The notes beneath the pieces are model-generated. The model was given only the letters and a program-made list of their open reading frames with translations. It was not told the origin of the DNA and made no database searches. From Azolla caroliniana (taxonomy: Eukaryota > Plantae > Polypodiophyta), in the NCBI GenBank assembly GCA_043228905.1, contig JBHGNT010000008.1, forward strand, positions 5,766,001-5,830,000: a DNA stretch of 64,000 nt, read 5' to 3'. Position numbers and translations under genes: made by a program. This document shows, piece by piece, positions 34,461-49,121 of this stretch; positions within the stretch are counted from its first letter, which is position 1; each line of letters starts with the position of its first letter.

Positions 34461-36981
34461 ATGCCCACTATCCATATTGTGCACCATGGCTCGGGCCAAC
34501 AAAATTTTGTCAGAGGGATTGATATGAACCTCATGCCTTCAGCTTCTGAGAGTGAAGGAGGAGAAGAAGAAGAAGAAGAGCTCGAATTGGCAGGCAGAAA
34601 CTTGCAGCTTTCGGCAATTTCAGAGCTTGATGTGCATAAGCCAAATCAAGAGCGAGAGCTACAACCAGAAGGGCGTCAAGATGGAAATCAGATGAAAAAA
34701 CTATCTGAAAATCTGTCGAATCAAGATCGAGATTGGCTCGGGAAGGTATCAAATCAAGATCGAGCCTGGCTCAGAAACGTAGTATCGAATCGAGATCAAG
34801 ACTGGGCCGGAAAGGTATCAAATCGAGATCGAGATCGAGACTGGCTCAGAACCATAATATCGAATCGAGATCAAAACTTGGCCAGAAAGGTATCAAATGA
34901 AGATCAAGACTGGCTTGGACATGTATCGTCTCGAGACGAAGTTCAGCCCACAGAGGTATTTGATCGGGATCGGCCTGAAATCATATCAGAAGTAATAATG
35001 GGAATTTACAATGAGAGGTTGAGAAATGGAGGTGAATATTCTAGAGGCAGAGGCAATGTTGATGAGGAAGAAGAGATTGAGTTTGAGGGTCAAAATGTAT
35101 ATGGAAAAATCCATCACAAAATGAAGGTACCTGACATCAATGAAAATCAAGGTCGAAATGGAGGTGGGAACTATCACCGATTGGTATCAGTGGTTGATCT
35201 CATTGAGAATCGAGATAAAGATCAGATTCCGAATGGAAATCATCACAAATTTGTACCAGAGAATGATCAGGATGTTGAAAGGATGGGAAGTGAAGGTAAT
35301 GTTTCGAGAGGAAGTGATGAGGAATTAGATATGGGAGGCGGGATTCGGAAAAAACTGAGGCTTTCTAAAGAGCAATCAGCTCTTCTCGAGGAAAGCTTCA
35401 AAGAGCAGAGCACATTGAATCCGGTAAAGTTCCTAGTCGCTGATTGTGCGGGTAACTAAATTTCATGGGACTTATTGGTCATTGATTGATCAAGTGGCCA
35501 GAGTTTCATGTTTTGGATTTATGCGTTAATAATTTGGGTTTTTTCTTTTATGAATAAGGACTCTAGGGATTGATGGATTAGGGTTTCAGTCTTTCTGGTT
35601 GATGAATCAGGGGTTTGGAGTTTATGGTATATGCATTAGGGTTTAGGGATATGTCATTGTTTATGTACATGGATTTAGGGTATAAGCGTTTTGTGGTGTC
35701 ATGAAGGCCATGTAGATTAGGGGTTATGCCTGTTGGAAATTAGGGTTTAGGCCTAATACATTAGAGATCAATCTCTTTGGAATAGCATATATGTATTTGG
35801 AATGATCTTTCTGTTTTCTGAATGTTTGTTCTTTCCCCCATTGTCTGTGTTATTACCAGAAGCAAAAGAATGCTCTTGCAAGACGCCTGAATCTGCGCGC
35901 ACGGCAGGTCGAAGTATGGTTCCAGAACAGGAGAGCTAGGTATTATACATAGATCTATATATAATGCACATGCCCCCATCAAATTATGTTTATGAGTTTT
36001 GCCTTCATCATGAAGTATATGGTCTTTCTTTGTTACTGGCACAATATGGTATCAGAACTTCCTAACCTAACCATACATTCTGCGGGAAAATCTGTGTGAG
36101 TTTACCTAAACCTTGAGGATGAATTTGACTGTAGAATCTGCTTGATTAACCACATCAGTAATTGAGATGCTGAAGGGGCTGAATGTAATTTCCTAAGATA
36201 GGGTGCCTATAATTGTCATGCTTCAACCACATCCATCCTATCTTGGATCGCAGGAATGCGTATTAGGGTTTGGGGTTTAACCATTCGGATCCTTTCGTTC
36301 TATCCGCAGATTAGCTCCTGTGGTTATTTCTAGTTGTGAGCTTTTAGGGTTAGGGGTCAGGGGTTTAAACATGGCAATGCTTCCGTTGTGCGATCTCAAC
36401 TATGCGCATACATATCAATGATTGTGGCGTGGCAATGAAAGCATTAGGGTTGAAATTGCTAACCCTAAACCCTATACACCTGGATATCGATACCGAAACT
36501 TGAAGGGCCTAGGTGTGCTATCTTTCATCATGTGGGTGATAAACTGTTTTCATGGCAATGGATTTGTGACAGGACCAAGCTGAAGAAAACGGAGGTAGAT
36601 TGTGAGCTTCTCAAGCGATGTTGCGAGTCATTGACGGAGGAGAATAGGCGCCTGCAGAAGGAGGTTGCAGAATTGAGGGCTTTAAAGATGATGAGTGATA
36701 GCCCTACTACTAGTGCAGGAGCAGGAGGTGTAGCTCCTCACCATGATTTCTACAGAAAGCCATTGCCCGCCACAACCCTGCGTATATGCGCCTCCTGCGA
36801 GAAACCTAGCCCCCCGCATGCATCTCTGATGCCCCGGAAATCACCCTTCGCCATCACCATCAACAGCATGGACATGGACATGGACATGGACATGAACATG
36901 GCCTGCCCATCGTTGAAAACCACCCCGCATTTCAACCTCTCCATGTCCCCTAAACAACAATCGTCGGCTGCCATATGCTAG
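34461..36981 (+). CDS. Homeodomain-leucine zipper class II transcription factor (HAT/ATHB2-like), 483 aa as modelled
   Basis: Exons 34461-35423, 35860-35939, 36573-36981 (1452 nt, in frame): GIDMNLMP; [26 protein letters not shown]|[27 protein letters not shown]|[31 protein letters not shown]; CASCE in place of CPSCE. The true start could be further upstream. Confidence 0.95.
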
Positions 36982-37574
36982 TGGAAACCCTAAAACACCT
37001 GGAAACCCTAAAACCCTTGGAAACCCCCTAAACCTAAAACCATTAATCCTTTATCCCCCCCACCCCCACCTCCCCTATAAGTAGCTCATATTATCCTTAC
37101 CCCGCTATCAATCGAGTAAAGCCAGTAAGCCAAACCATTGGAAATCCTTAAATCTAAACCCTCTTCTGTAAAACCCTTGACCCTCAACTATATAAAACCC
37201 GCATCCGAAACCCCCATTCTGAAGACAAAAAACCCTAAATCCTAAGTGAACACATTGTCCGAAAAACCCCATTCTGAGGACAAAAACCCTAATCCTAAGT
37301 GAACACATTGTTGTACTGACAACAATGGCAAGAAGGATGTAAACAATTTGCCTGAAAATGTAATCAAATGTTGAAATTATGAGCTCTCTCCTAGACACAT
37401 GTTTTGTAAGAGAACAAATCTGACTCTGGAAAGGAATGCTTTCAGTGGAGGGCGATCTTTTAGGCAAGTTAGGATTTATTTCTAAGAAGGTGATTATCAA
37501 AAAGATCAAGTTAGGATTTATATCTAAGAAGGTAATTAGCAATTGTCAGACAGACAAACTTATCCGGTGATTGC

Positions 37575-37800
37575 CCAACAGTGTGGTAAACCCTAGAATC
37601 CTTTGAAAATGGTCCTTCCAATCAACAGTGTTGTGAACCCTAGAATCCTTTGAAACTGGTCCTTCCAATCAACAGTGTTGTGAAACCCTAGAATCCTTGA
37701 AAATGGTCCTTCCAAATTCCAATCAACAGTGTAGTGAACCCTAGAATCCTTTGAAAATGGTCCTTCCAATCAATGGTGTTGTGAAACCCTAGAATCCTTG
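37575..37800. repeat. Tandem ~48-bp repeat, about 5 copies, downstream of the HD-ZIP gene
   Basis: Unit CCAATCAACAGTGTTGTGAACCCTAGAATCCTTTGAAAATGGTCCTT; nearby 2-copy repeats at 37210-37310 and 37466-37541. Confidence 0.92.
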
Positions 37801-40800
37801 AGAATCGCCCGAAAGTAGGAGTAGAGATTGTTGTTGCATCCTAATCAAGCACTACATAGAATTAGGATTTAGGGTTTAGAAAACACGCGAGGGCATGCCA
37901 AAATAAATATGTAAATCTCGGTACCACTATGTATGACGATTATTTTTTGAAATTTTTACAATTTCAAGATGCTATATTATGATTTGTAAAATAATTGGCG
38001 ATTTTTCTTTTTTTTGTCGGGTTTAAATGTAAAATTCGATTGCTCAAATGCCGCCCAACATAATCTTCTCTCAAAATTGTTTTGTATTGAGTTTCGGAAA
38101 GAACGCTTGAATCGTGAGCAATGGGGTTTGGAAAGCGTGGGTGGTGGATTATTCGATTAAACAAAACGAGGTGTGTTTTCTTTTGAAGGGCAATGGATAT
38201 GGGATGTACATTATCGCCAAATATATGGAGATATAAGATTGTTGAACCCCATGCTCAAAAAAATCGCAACCAAATTCTTAAAGCCCATGTGTTATGAAAG
38301 GCTATAGGGCCAGAGAATCATAACTATTTGGTACAATCTTCTCTGTATGATTATCCAAGACATATATTGCAATATAGGAACAAAATTACTTTATGTTGCG
38401 AAGGAAAATCATTGAGAGTAAGGTTTCCTAGTACGCGTTTTGGATGACTTGAGACTTATCCTACGCAAAAGATCATTCCCTCGCGAAAGCTCTATTATTT
38501 TTGTTGTTTGTTTGTTGTTGTTGTTATGCCAAAGGAATAGTCCAGAAATATGGCCGTATCCTTGGATCATTAACTTTATTTGTGTGAGCTACATTATGAG
38601 ATGGGGTTCTTTGACTCTTTGCTTGTTTGAATACAAGGCTATAAATCTTTCGTAATACCCAATGAATAATATTTTGTAATCCCCCGACAAATTGTTGATG
38701 AGTAAACTAACAAGATTTTCCCGTGGCCCACACCCCTATTGACAAGAAAATGCACAACTTATCTGTAGTTCAGCGATTGCAAAGTGTTTGTCTTTGTGGG
38801 ACCTTGGTAACAACATACGCATGGCATACTAAGCTAGGAATATCGATGCCTAGCATCGATACCTTTTCGAATTCTTGAACATGCGCGTAATCAACACATA
38901 GTACACATTGTATTGTTGATAATGATGCATATCTATGATTGGAGCCACATATTCATGATAAGGATGCATATCTATGATTGTTGCAACTTGCCACATGCTC
39001 ATGAAAGGATAATAATAAGTGCATAGAAGAACCTAGGACTTTTCTAAGCTTGATTAAAGCGAATGCCATAAACTCTTGGTTTGGTATGTGGACATACACA
39101 GAATAATGTATATCGGTTTATGGAGATATGTGCTCTGTAATGAGCATTCACAATGGTATGTTATGATTGTTGTAATGATTAGTGTCTACTTTGAACCTTC
39201 CTTGTTTTGTTAGAATGAAAAGACCAAGACCTAAAAGTGTTCCTCTTTATTACTCTCTAACCATAGTTGAGTGAATAACCTTTCAAAGGGGCTACAAATG
39301 ACTAACTATATGCCTAGGCTAAAATGAATTATTCATGTTGGTGCTATGATTGGCAAAGCAATATACATACCTACATGTGCTTTAACCACGAACACATCAT
39401 ACTTTCTTAGTGATGTAGGACTTACTAACTAGGTGGGATCCCAATCCCCAATGAAGAAAAAAAGTTTATATTTTACTTCAAAATTGAACAACAGGTAATG
39501 TGTTGAAGAAGGCAGCGACATGTTCCACAACATCAAATCCCTCAAGACAAGTTTCCCCGATCTCTTTGCAGGTCCATGTTATCATTTTCTTCTCTTCGAG
39601 CAATGAGCTTTTTTTTTTCCATTTTCTTCTATTTTTCTTGTTGCAAGACTTGTTAGAACTACTTTACTTCTATCATGACTTGTACATGTAGCAAACATCC
39701 CAATCTATGTCTTAGATCTCATCGCCATACGTGGGAGATACTAAAAGGTGGCAAAAATAAGTTTCTTTATGGTGAAGATGACCGAGTCAAGTAACGGGTG
39801 CCACATGAGGTTGTAAAACAAAAGGAGGACTAAGTTACATTCCTCATACACATTATTGTTAAAAGCATGCTAGGCAATGACATACATTCGATATCAAGAT
39901 CCATTCACCATTGGAACTCTTTAAAGTGTAACATCCAAAACCTTTACTAATACATTATTCAAACAAATCCAGAATTCTAATTTCTATGTGTTGTCAAGAA
40001 TATCCAATCCGCCGATATCTACGACCAAGTTTCTTCAATATTTATATATTGTTCAATAAGAGAACATTCAACACAGAACAAACCCTTCACTTTCCGATGA
40101 GTCAGAGTTATTGGTTTGGTTATGTTTTTTTTTTATGATTGTGCTTAGGTCATAAGATATGCTTACATTGATTTTTACTTGCATGTGGCAACTATGCATT
40201 TTTAAATATGAGAATGAGATTGACCTTTTTTTGCAAGTCGCAGTGTATTGTAATAGGAAGACATGATAGTTCGCTTTGCACTTTTTTGCAACTTGGGATA
40301 CTCTTGGCTCAAATACGAAGAAAAAACAGATGATTGATATAGCTCTCCTTATCTAGCTGTTTGGATCGAATATCATCTTTCAAACACACACACACAAGAT
40401 GGTCAAAGATCATAAAAGTCCAATGTCAACTTAATAGTCTAAAAAAAAAGATCTTCAAATGGGAATAGATGTATTATCTCAATTGTAGAAAATTAGGAGG
40501 AATAATTATCTTTTTTATTAAGGTGTAGATAACTATTGGACGGATTGTTTTTTTTATGGCGCAAAATGCTTTATGAACTTCAAAGAGTTGTTGAGACAAT
40601 TATTTTTGTAAGTTATAAGACAACGATTTTTCAGCCCCATTCTGGGATTCATCACATTAATGGCATTGTTGTGCAATTATGTCATACTCAATTAGGTTTC
40701 TTAGAGAAAATTGTAGGCAATGTTAGTTAATTTATAACAATTGACTGTTGATTTATTACAATTGACAAATGTTGAGAGCATCACATGTCGTTATGAGGCA

Positions 40801-43800
40801 TAAATTATTGGATAATATGAATGGTCAAATTCTTGAAACAAATCGACATTCAAAGCGTAACAAAAAAAAAAGATTTGCCAAGCATTTCATAGTTCCTAAT
40901 CTTTCATCGGTATCTCATGGGGCATGCGAATAATTAAAGAAACATTGAACTGTTGCCAAAGAAAGACAGAGTAATAAAAAATCTGTTGATTATGTCCAGA
41001 GAGGTTGTTATTTTTAGCTATGTCGGCAAGCTAAATGCCAAAGTTGTTGAATAAGACTTGCTATGTAAAATATTTACACCAAGAAAGAGCATAGATCCAA
41101 GACGTGGCTATGCAACAGAAAATATTATTTTTTGAAGCATTATGACAATGCGTAGTATTGATAAACATGGTGTAACAACTCTTTTTCTTCCAAGGATCAA
41201 GAATCATAAATTATGGCACAAAAACCAGAAGAATAAAATGGGATTTTAAGATTATAGGACAATTAGCGTGACATGTGACAAAACCATATTGCATCAAGCA
41301 TTCAAAAAGTTAAAAAATGTACACCCATGTGCTCAAGAGAACATTGACCACGTACAAATTTGTATGTATGTGATAATAATGCAAAGAGATCGAGATGTTC
41401 TCATAGCTTAGGGTCTTTACAATATTCTAATTCAATGATTACATTTCTAGGATGGTCGAAGCTCACCTTTGCTCAAGATGGCGGGGTTTTTATCACATGA
41501 GCAAAGTTTATGTCTTCTCCTTAGCTATGCATGTGTCATCTTCGTTATCATGAGCTTGCTATTACATTCAAATTCAAGTTGGCTTTTTGGAAAAGGTACA
41601 TCCATATTTACTGTTTACAAAAAAGGGGACAATAATCTTAGATAACGATATAGAAGGATCTAAATGCGCCAATGAATGTGCATGTTTCATGAACAAAGTG
41701 TTTTAGGTATCGATATAGAGGAGGCTCAGGCAACTCTCTCTCATCCACTCAAACCTCAGGAGATAAAGCATAATGCTAAAAACAACAATGAAAGTTTAGG
41801 GAAAATCTTGAAACAAAAAACGTTCAAAGTAATACCCTAGAATGAACTTTGCAACGATATATGTTTTTGGTTCACATATTGCGATCAAAATAATGGATGT
41901 CAACTTTAGGGGCAATTCTATTCAAGATACCCACATAGGTATTATAAGTACTGTCATTTGCATCCAACATCATACTCAATGTGGATTATAACCTACATCA
42001 TATCCCAATGCACTTGTAACCTAGTTGAAATAAGTGATTCAACGGTTCAAAACTATATACGTGATAGTAGCTCTAACGCAATCAAACTAAGGAATATCTA
42101 CACTCTTGTGTGCCAATTTTATTTGTATTAAACATGGTTGCATTTAGGAGAAAATATCACAAATATCCCATCCCCATCCCTTCTAAGGGTAATATCGAAT
42201 TATATCCGTATATTTTTCGCAATGTTGAAAGTGCCCCTTTTCAAACTTATGAAAGACAAGACTCATAACTCTCTTAGATTTCACATTCCTTAATAAAACA
42301 AAAGAAGTGATGGTGAAGGACTATCTATTTTTTAGAGTAAAGTAACATATTTTTTAGAGTTAAGGCTACCTAATTAAAGCAATTTAAGTAACTATGTTGC
42401 AACCTATTTAGATAATCACATGACCTAAATAGATCTAACTAATATATACGATGCAATATATTAATCAACCATGTGTCTGAAAAGTATCCCTCCAAGTCTC
42501 TTTTATCTATCTCCCTCTGCCAAGGGTAGTTTTGATATTATGAAAAATACAAGGGGTACAATTTGATGTTACCACAAAGATAAAGACCATTTATGATATT
42601 CCCTGCAATGCATTAAGTTTTAAGCCTAGACACGAATGGCAAGAAAGTAGACACGTCATAAATTTCTATTTTATTTGATGTCAAGATCTCTAATGTCGGG
42701 GTTTAAAACTTTTGACATCTCGAAGGTTTGCATATAATATTGCAGTGTTGGGATTTTACATACTCATAAAATAGTATATCAAAAAGTTTGTGGAACCTAT
42801 GCTTCATCATCTTGATGCATGCTTCTGAAATTAAGCAATGAAGAGAAGAATGTCAAGAGAAACCAATCATACATTGCCAACCTTGAGAGGACATAGTAGT
42901 GTTGGAATGGATTAATGTCACTTCGTATTTTAGTGAAATATATACAGTGAATGCAATCACTAAGAAGAAATTCATCCAAATCTACTTTTTTAACTCTTGT
43001 TTTTAACACTTTTGAATTGGAAAGGCTATGCAGCTTCAATTGCATGGAACATGTAGGCTTGTAGTTGTAGCTTTTAAGCTTGCCAATCCTACTTGATAGG
43101 CTAAATACCAAGTTACGTAAACATTGGCATGCATAACATTTTATTGACATTTCGAAGAACAATTGGTAAACATCTTCTTGCTATAAAACCTTGATGTTTG
43201 TCATTTTAGTTGATGAGAGCAATATGTCATAAAACAACAATATCCGACTTTTTGAGCCATTTAGAGATAGTGGGCCATACACAACAAAGTATTCATTGTT
43301 GAGCATCGGTACATATCCTCTTGATGTAATGAAGAGTCGTAATTCTAGCATTAATTGATTGTAATATGTACCTCTATGACAAAAAACATGCTTCAACAAC
43401 TATATGATTGGTAGCTAGCAACCCCTTTAAAGAGTCCATGTGGGGGTAGGATGTTGTGTTAGGAATTTGATAAGACACTGAAAGTTAAGGTATTATAGCT
43501 ACGAATGTATGTCAATGTTCATTATGATCTTGCAATTCCTAATAGAAAGTTATAGACCCATGGTAGAGTTTCAATACAAGTTGTTTGTTTGAAGTTCGAT
43601 TCACAAGCCGTTATCCCTTAGTTTAAGGGAATATGCAAATAGATATTTCAGAGGAGAATTAATAATATTTTGCAATATATATCTCATTGTTGGAATCATC
43701 TTGGATTGCATAAACCATATTTTGCAAGAACCGACAATCATGTAAAGCTCAAACATATTTGTGCATGTAGGAAATTTTACTAGAAACAAAGCTTCAAAAT

Positions 43801-45483
43801 GATACAACACTAGAGTGCAGAGTAGGAAGCTTTCAAGAAAGTTATTTGTTCATTAGCGAAGAAATGTTTTTTCACGAAGCCTTACAAAACCAATAATGAA
43901 CATCATGAGTTGTTTGATGAGGAACCCCAAGAAACTTAAACATACTTAATTGGTTTAGACCTAGCCAAACATAAGATAGAAAACAATAGAATAGACGTTT
44001 TTTTGTCCATGAAGAGGCCAACTTTAGAAATAATGGAAATGCACACAAAAGGGGAATTTCTTTTGGCACACAAGTGGCATGCACGCTTTCTAGTTGGAGA
44101 GGTGAACGTTTTTCAATGAAAACCAGCTTTTCATCAAGATTATTGGCTTTTCAATGAGCTCAACATGCATTTGTGTACTCATATAGTTTGGCAACATGTC
44201 CACATGATGAGATGGAAAGATTCCATAGTCAATGTTCATGGTACTCCTAAGTGAGCAAACATGGTACAAATGTCTCTCCACAAACATCAACAGTGATCTC
44301 CACATTTCAAGCCCAATACTTATGCACATCCACTACGTACCAAAACATACTTATTGAATAGAGATTCTACTACATAGGTTTGAGGAGCAAAAGGAAGAGA
44401 TTTGCCAAAGGGACCCATGTTTGATTAGCTAATTCAGGGAGCTAGTGGCTTCCCAAGCTGAAGATCAATAGCTGATTTGAGAGGATAAATAGCCATTTTA
44501 GAACTGAGACATGACCCAAACTCCTACATGAGGCAACAATGAGGAATCTCAAACGAGTATTGCAAACATCTTCAAGTGGTATCCATGTGTCATGCATGCC
44601 TACTACTTTGACATGCATACACATGTCACTCATTGTTACCAACAAATCGAAACTAGGAGATGTAAAGATTATGTGGTCAAAGTTCATGGTACTTCTATCA
44701 GGGTGAAAATGGTATGAATATCTTGGCACAAGCATCCTCTAGCACCTACCAACAGTTGATAGCATTTGAAGCCCAATTCTTTGTTGCTATTTGAATGTTA
44801 ATATTACAAGCATTGCCACATGTCTCCAACATAGGCTTGCAACTTGATCGAGTTCCGAAACATAAATTCTGGAGTGATGTCACGAGACTTGGTATGTTGC
44901 GTAGTCTAAAGTTACATAATGATACGTCATTAATCACAACCATTTCTTCTTTACAAGAACACATATATAGTGTTTTGTATAGCAGCACAACCATGCATTT
45001 TCATGAAACTTCCTCGTAAGAATTTGCATGTCACAACCAAAGACAAACCTTCATAAGCCCTATAATAATAGCAGGTTTAAATGGCTGCTAGCCTACTATG
45101 TTCAACCCCTATATCTAGTATATTAGTGATCAGTGAGATTTGAACCCTAAATATATTGCTTATATCAAAATATAGATTACCACTATATAGACAATATGGA
45201 AAAGGAAGAAATAAAGGAACACACACAACTATGATGAATATACACTTTTGGGAATCATAGCATTCAACATATTCCCTTTATTGATTTAGCTTTTGGGCAT
45301 ATGACACATATTTGCCATGGAAATACATCAGGGTCTTGTGACCTTGTTCTTTAATGGATTGAATTTTAATATAATACCTATTGTGAAAAAGAAAATGATA
45401 CAAACTACGTACAATTGCAAAAGTGAATCAATCACCATAAGCTTTACATAGGCCTTTATGTGTCCATGTTTGAAGAAGAAACT

Positions 45484-48400
45484 TTAGTGCACTTTCTTCT
45501 CAGGAAGCTTTACTAGCAATTCAGGAATGATATCAAATAGATCTCCAACTAATCCATAATCAGCAACCTGCATTGATTGTTTTTTTTCGTTATAAAGCCA
45601 AGTATTTAGTAGAACTTGGACGAAGCATATCAAATGACTTTTTTGGTTTTAAAATCAGTATAGTAGAGTTTGGAAGGAAGCATGTGAGTTGATTACTTTG
45701 TTTTAATGTGAGTATAGTAAAATTTGCAAGAAGCCCCGGAAAATTGAAGAAAAAAAAAAAACCTGAAAAATAGGAGCATCAGCATCTTTGTTGATAGCCA
45801 CAATAACTTTGGAATCTTTCATTCCTGCAAGATGCTGAATTGCACCAGATACACCTATAGCTACATAGAGCTCTGGGGCAACAATCTTGCCTGTTTGCCC
45901 AACCTATTATCAGAGATAAACATAAATACAACTATAAATAGAAATAGATCTATTATTGATTACACTCGTTAATGGTGATTAGGTACTAAAGAAGGAAGAT
46001 TCATGGAGCTGGTCCAAACACATAAGACTCATATTTTCAGAAGAATAAACACAAATCCTACATTTTCAAAAGAATAAAAAAATTCCCAATCTTTTTAATA
46101 GAACAATAAGTTGGTTCCCATATTTTCAAAATATAATAAAACTGATTTACCATACTTTCAAAGAATAAATGTTTTCATCCTTGCAAAAGAATGATACATT
46201 TATTTTTCAAAAGACCCACATTTTAAACAACAATTATTTTTCTTCTTATTTTAACAAACTTACTTGTAGCTCATTAGGAACATAGCCGGCATCTACAGCT
46301 GCTCTTGTGGCACCCACTGCAAATAAAAGTTCAGATCAACAACACAATCTAGAGTTCTTATTTTACAAGGACTCAAGCTACTGTTATAAAAAAATATCAT
46401 AAATGTATATTCATACCTGCACCTCCTAATTTGTCAGCAAGCTTTTCAAGCAATTTAAAGTTCTCAGCACTTTTCAGCGCTCTTCCTCCAGATATTACAA
46501 CTTTTGCACTGCCAAGACTTGGCCTCTCGCTTTCTTGAGAAACTTCCCCCAACCAAGTAGAGGTGTTAATAACCGACTCTGGTTTCACAAGAGATCAGTT
46601 ATTCATTTAATACATTGCATTTACAAAAAATTCCAAGCTTTCTATAAGAGAGCCACATCCACTAAGCTTTAGGATCATAATGAAATTAAAATACTAAATG
46701 GTGTACCATAAAAATATGAGAAAAAGGAAAATTGGTTCTACAAGATTTTTTCATACAGTACACAAACATATGAGAGCTACGTTCTATTAAGCTTTAGAGA
46801 TATTATGAAATTAAAAATATTAAACATTGTTAAAATCAAGTCATAGAAGAGTTCTGCTTCTCACCTACAAGAGAGAATTTTGATTGGTTAATCCCTTAAA
46901 ATCCAGCACATTCATAAAAATGACATCTTTTAAAATTTTAGCAGGTTTAGAGAAAAGAAAGCAGCTTAAAAATGGACACACGAGACAATATTTTAAGAGA
47001 TTTTAAAATTTGGACTATGAGAAGTTCTCACCTGAATCCAAACTACGAACATCTATTGATGAAATTGGAGCTGGCACTTTTGTGGGTTCCAGTCTATCTA
47101 GTGAGAAAGACGTTGGACGAATACTAAGCAAACATGGAGCATTTCCTTTATATCTTATAGTAGAAAGGGCATTTCCAGCATAGATGGGCCTGGATACCAA
47201 AACATGAAAACCTTATGGAAAAAGTGTGACATTCTAGATGATTCTTAAAATTCTAAAGACGACACTAAAGAAACAAAATAACAACCTAAATTATCCCTAA
47301 ACCAAGTAACATTCTAAATTATCCCTAAACAGCATAAATAGCAACAGCAAAGAAAACAAGACTTTCTACCTTACATAGGTACGGTCGTCAATTATCCTTA
47401 TGACATCGGTTATGGGAGATACATCCAACAACGCTGCTGCTCGAGGTAATACATTCTTCCCAAATGAGGTTGACGCTACCACTATATGAGAAAAGTTTCT
47501 CTCCCGATGTGCCAAGTGTATCAGCTCTGCCCAGGCTTCTGCCAATGGATGTTTTAGTTTCTCCGATTCTGCAACAAGTACCTGGTAATGTGATTGTTGA
47601 TCTATTCATTTAATTTTCGCATTATAGCAGAGAAAAACAATGAAGCTATATCGATGTAGCATGGAGAAGAAGTTGAAGAAAGAGAGACATAGGAAAGGCG
47701 AACTATATTAATTCAAAACACAATGATGCCCTTATTTATTGACACCACTCATAATAAAATGATAAAATTTTGGCTAAAAACAGTTGTTAAATGCAATAGA
47801 AGTAAAAATACTTCAAGTATTCTACATATTTAATGTATTCTGTGAATATTCTACGTACATAAAATATTCCACATATTTTATCTTTAGAAAATGTACACTA
47901 AGTACTAAAAAAATTAGTAGAATACTTTTAAAATACTTATCGTACATATTCTACACATTGTCTGCTAAGTAAATTACAACTATGGTCCAGTCACAAGTGT
48001 TCAGACTCATACTTGCTGAGTGGCTAGAACAAATTTTTGCTCATCATGTAGAAGCTTATGATATGGAGCTACTAAGAGAACTATATTTTTCTTTCCAGCA
48101 CATAGTGCATGCATTAACTACAAAAAATCTTGGTTTATATGTTTGCATATCCATACTGGTTTCATTGTTATCACCATCTAGCATCGGTTTAAGCCATATC
48201 TTAACCGTTTTCACTAATTGACCAGTGCACCAAATTAATTTACCCATTAGGCAACCTAAAAATATATATTAAATACTTCTACAGCACAGATGGAAAACTA
48301 GGATTGCCCTCTTTTGTTTATGGTAACCTAGATATTGTTGCATGTATTTGGTACATACCTGAATCATTTACAACAATTGACAGAGTGTTTAATTACTTCA

Positions 48401-49121
48401 CTCTTATCTAATATGTTACCCAAAACATGTAGTTACCCATATACATTGGATTGACATGTTTGCACTATCAATTAAGCAAATATATATCTATTATCTTCAA
48501 CACACTACGTTGCATCTGTTTGGTACATATCTCAATTCAACCATTTATACACATTGACAAAAGCACATAGCTAGTTTTGCCCTTTCGCGTTTTGACAAAA
48601 GCACATACCCTGCATACATAAATACTCACTTCTTTCTAAATCATGCCTATTCATATGTAAGAAGTAAGAAGTAAAATTACTCTTGTTCTTTTGTAATATT
48701 AAAAATACACAAATGGATTATCCTTGCATATCATAAAAAATCATAATAAGAATAAGAATAAGTTATTACCTGAGATATGGATGAGTGGATGGTGGAAGCT
48801 TGCTTAGCAACAGACTCAAGAGCTGAAGATTCTGATCCAGCCAAGAGGATGGAAATAGAATTTTTGTCTCCTAGGAAACTGGCTGCTGCCACTGCATTGA
48901 GAGAGCTCACATTCAAAGATAACCCCTCGTGCTCAGCAATAACAAGAGTGCTGGCCTGCAAAGATGGGCTTAAAATCTTTGCTGAAGCTTCAAAACGAAA
49001 AGAGAAGGGAAAAGGCATATATAAAAGATAACAAGAATCTGAGGATGATGCCATTAGGACTTGCCTGACGTCGAATAATGGAAGGGAAGGCTTTCCTCAG
49101 ATGGGAGATCATCCTCGTCAT
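45484..49121 (-). CDS. ETFA: Electron transfer flavoprotein subunit alpha, mitochondrial, 350 aa
   Basis: Exons (-) 49121-49065, 48955-48770, 47581-47370, 47189-47032, 46578-46417, 46316-46264, 45903-45763, 45567-45484 (1053 nt, in frame). Motifs [97 protein letters not shown]. Confidence 0.97.

Noticed and set aside
38842-38862. Helitron 3' hairpin (ATCGATGC-CTA-GCATCGAT)
   Set aside because: No CTRR terminus at the expected distance and no other Helitron evidence.
39000-45000. Genes or transposases in short AT-rich ORFs (hAT-like hints at 42800-43400, chromodomain-like hint near 44580, possible third dyad module near 43820)
   Set aside because: Too degenerate to support by eye; needs BLASTX or HMM search.
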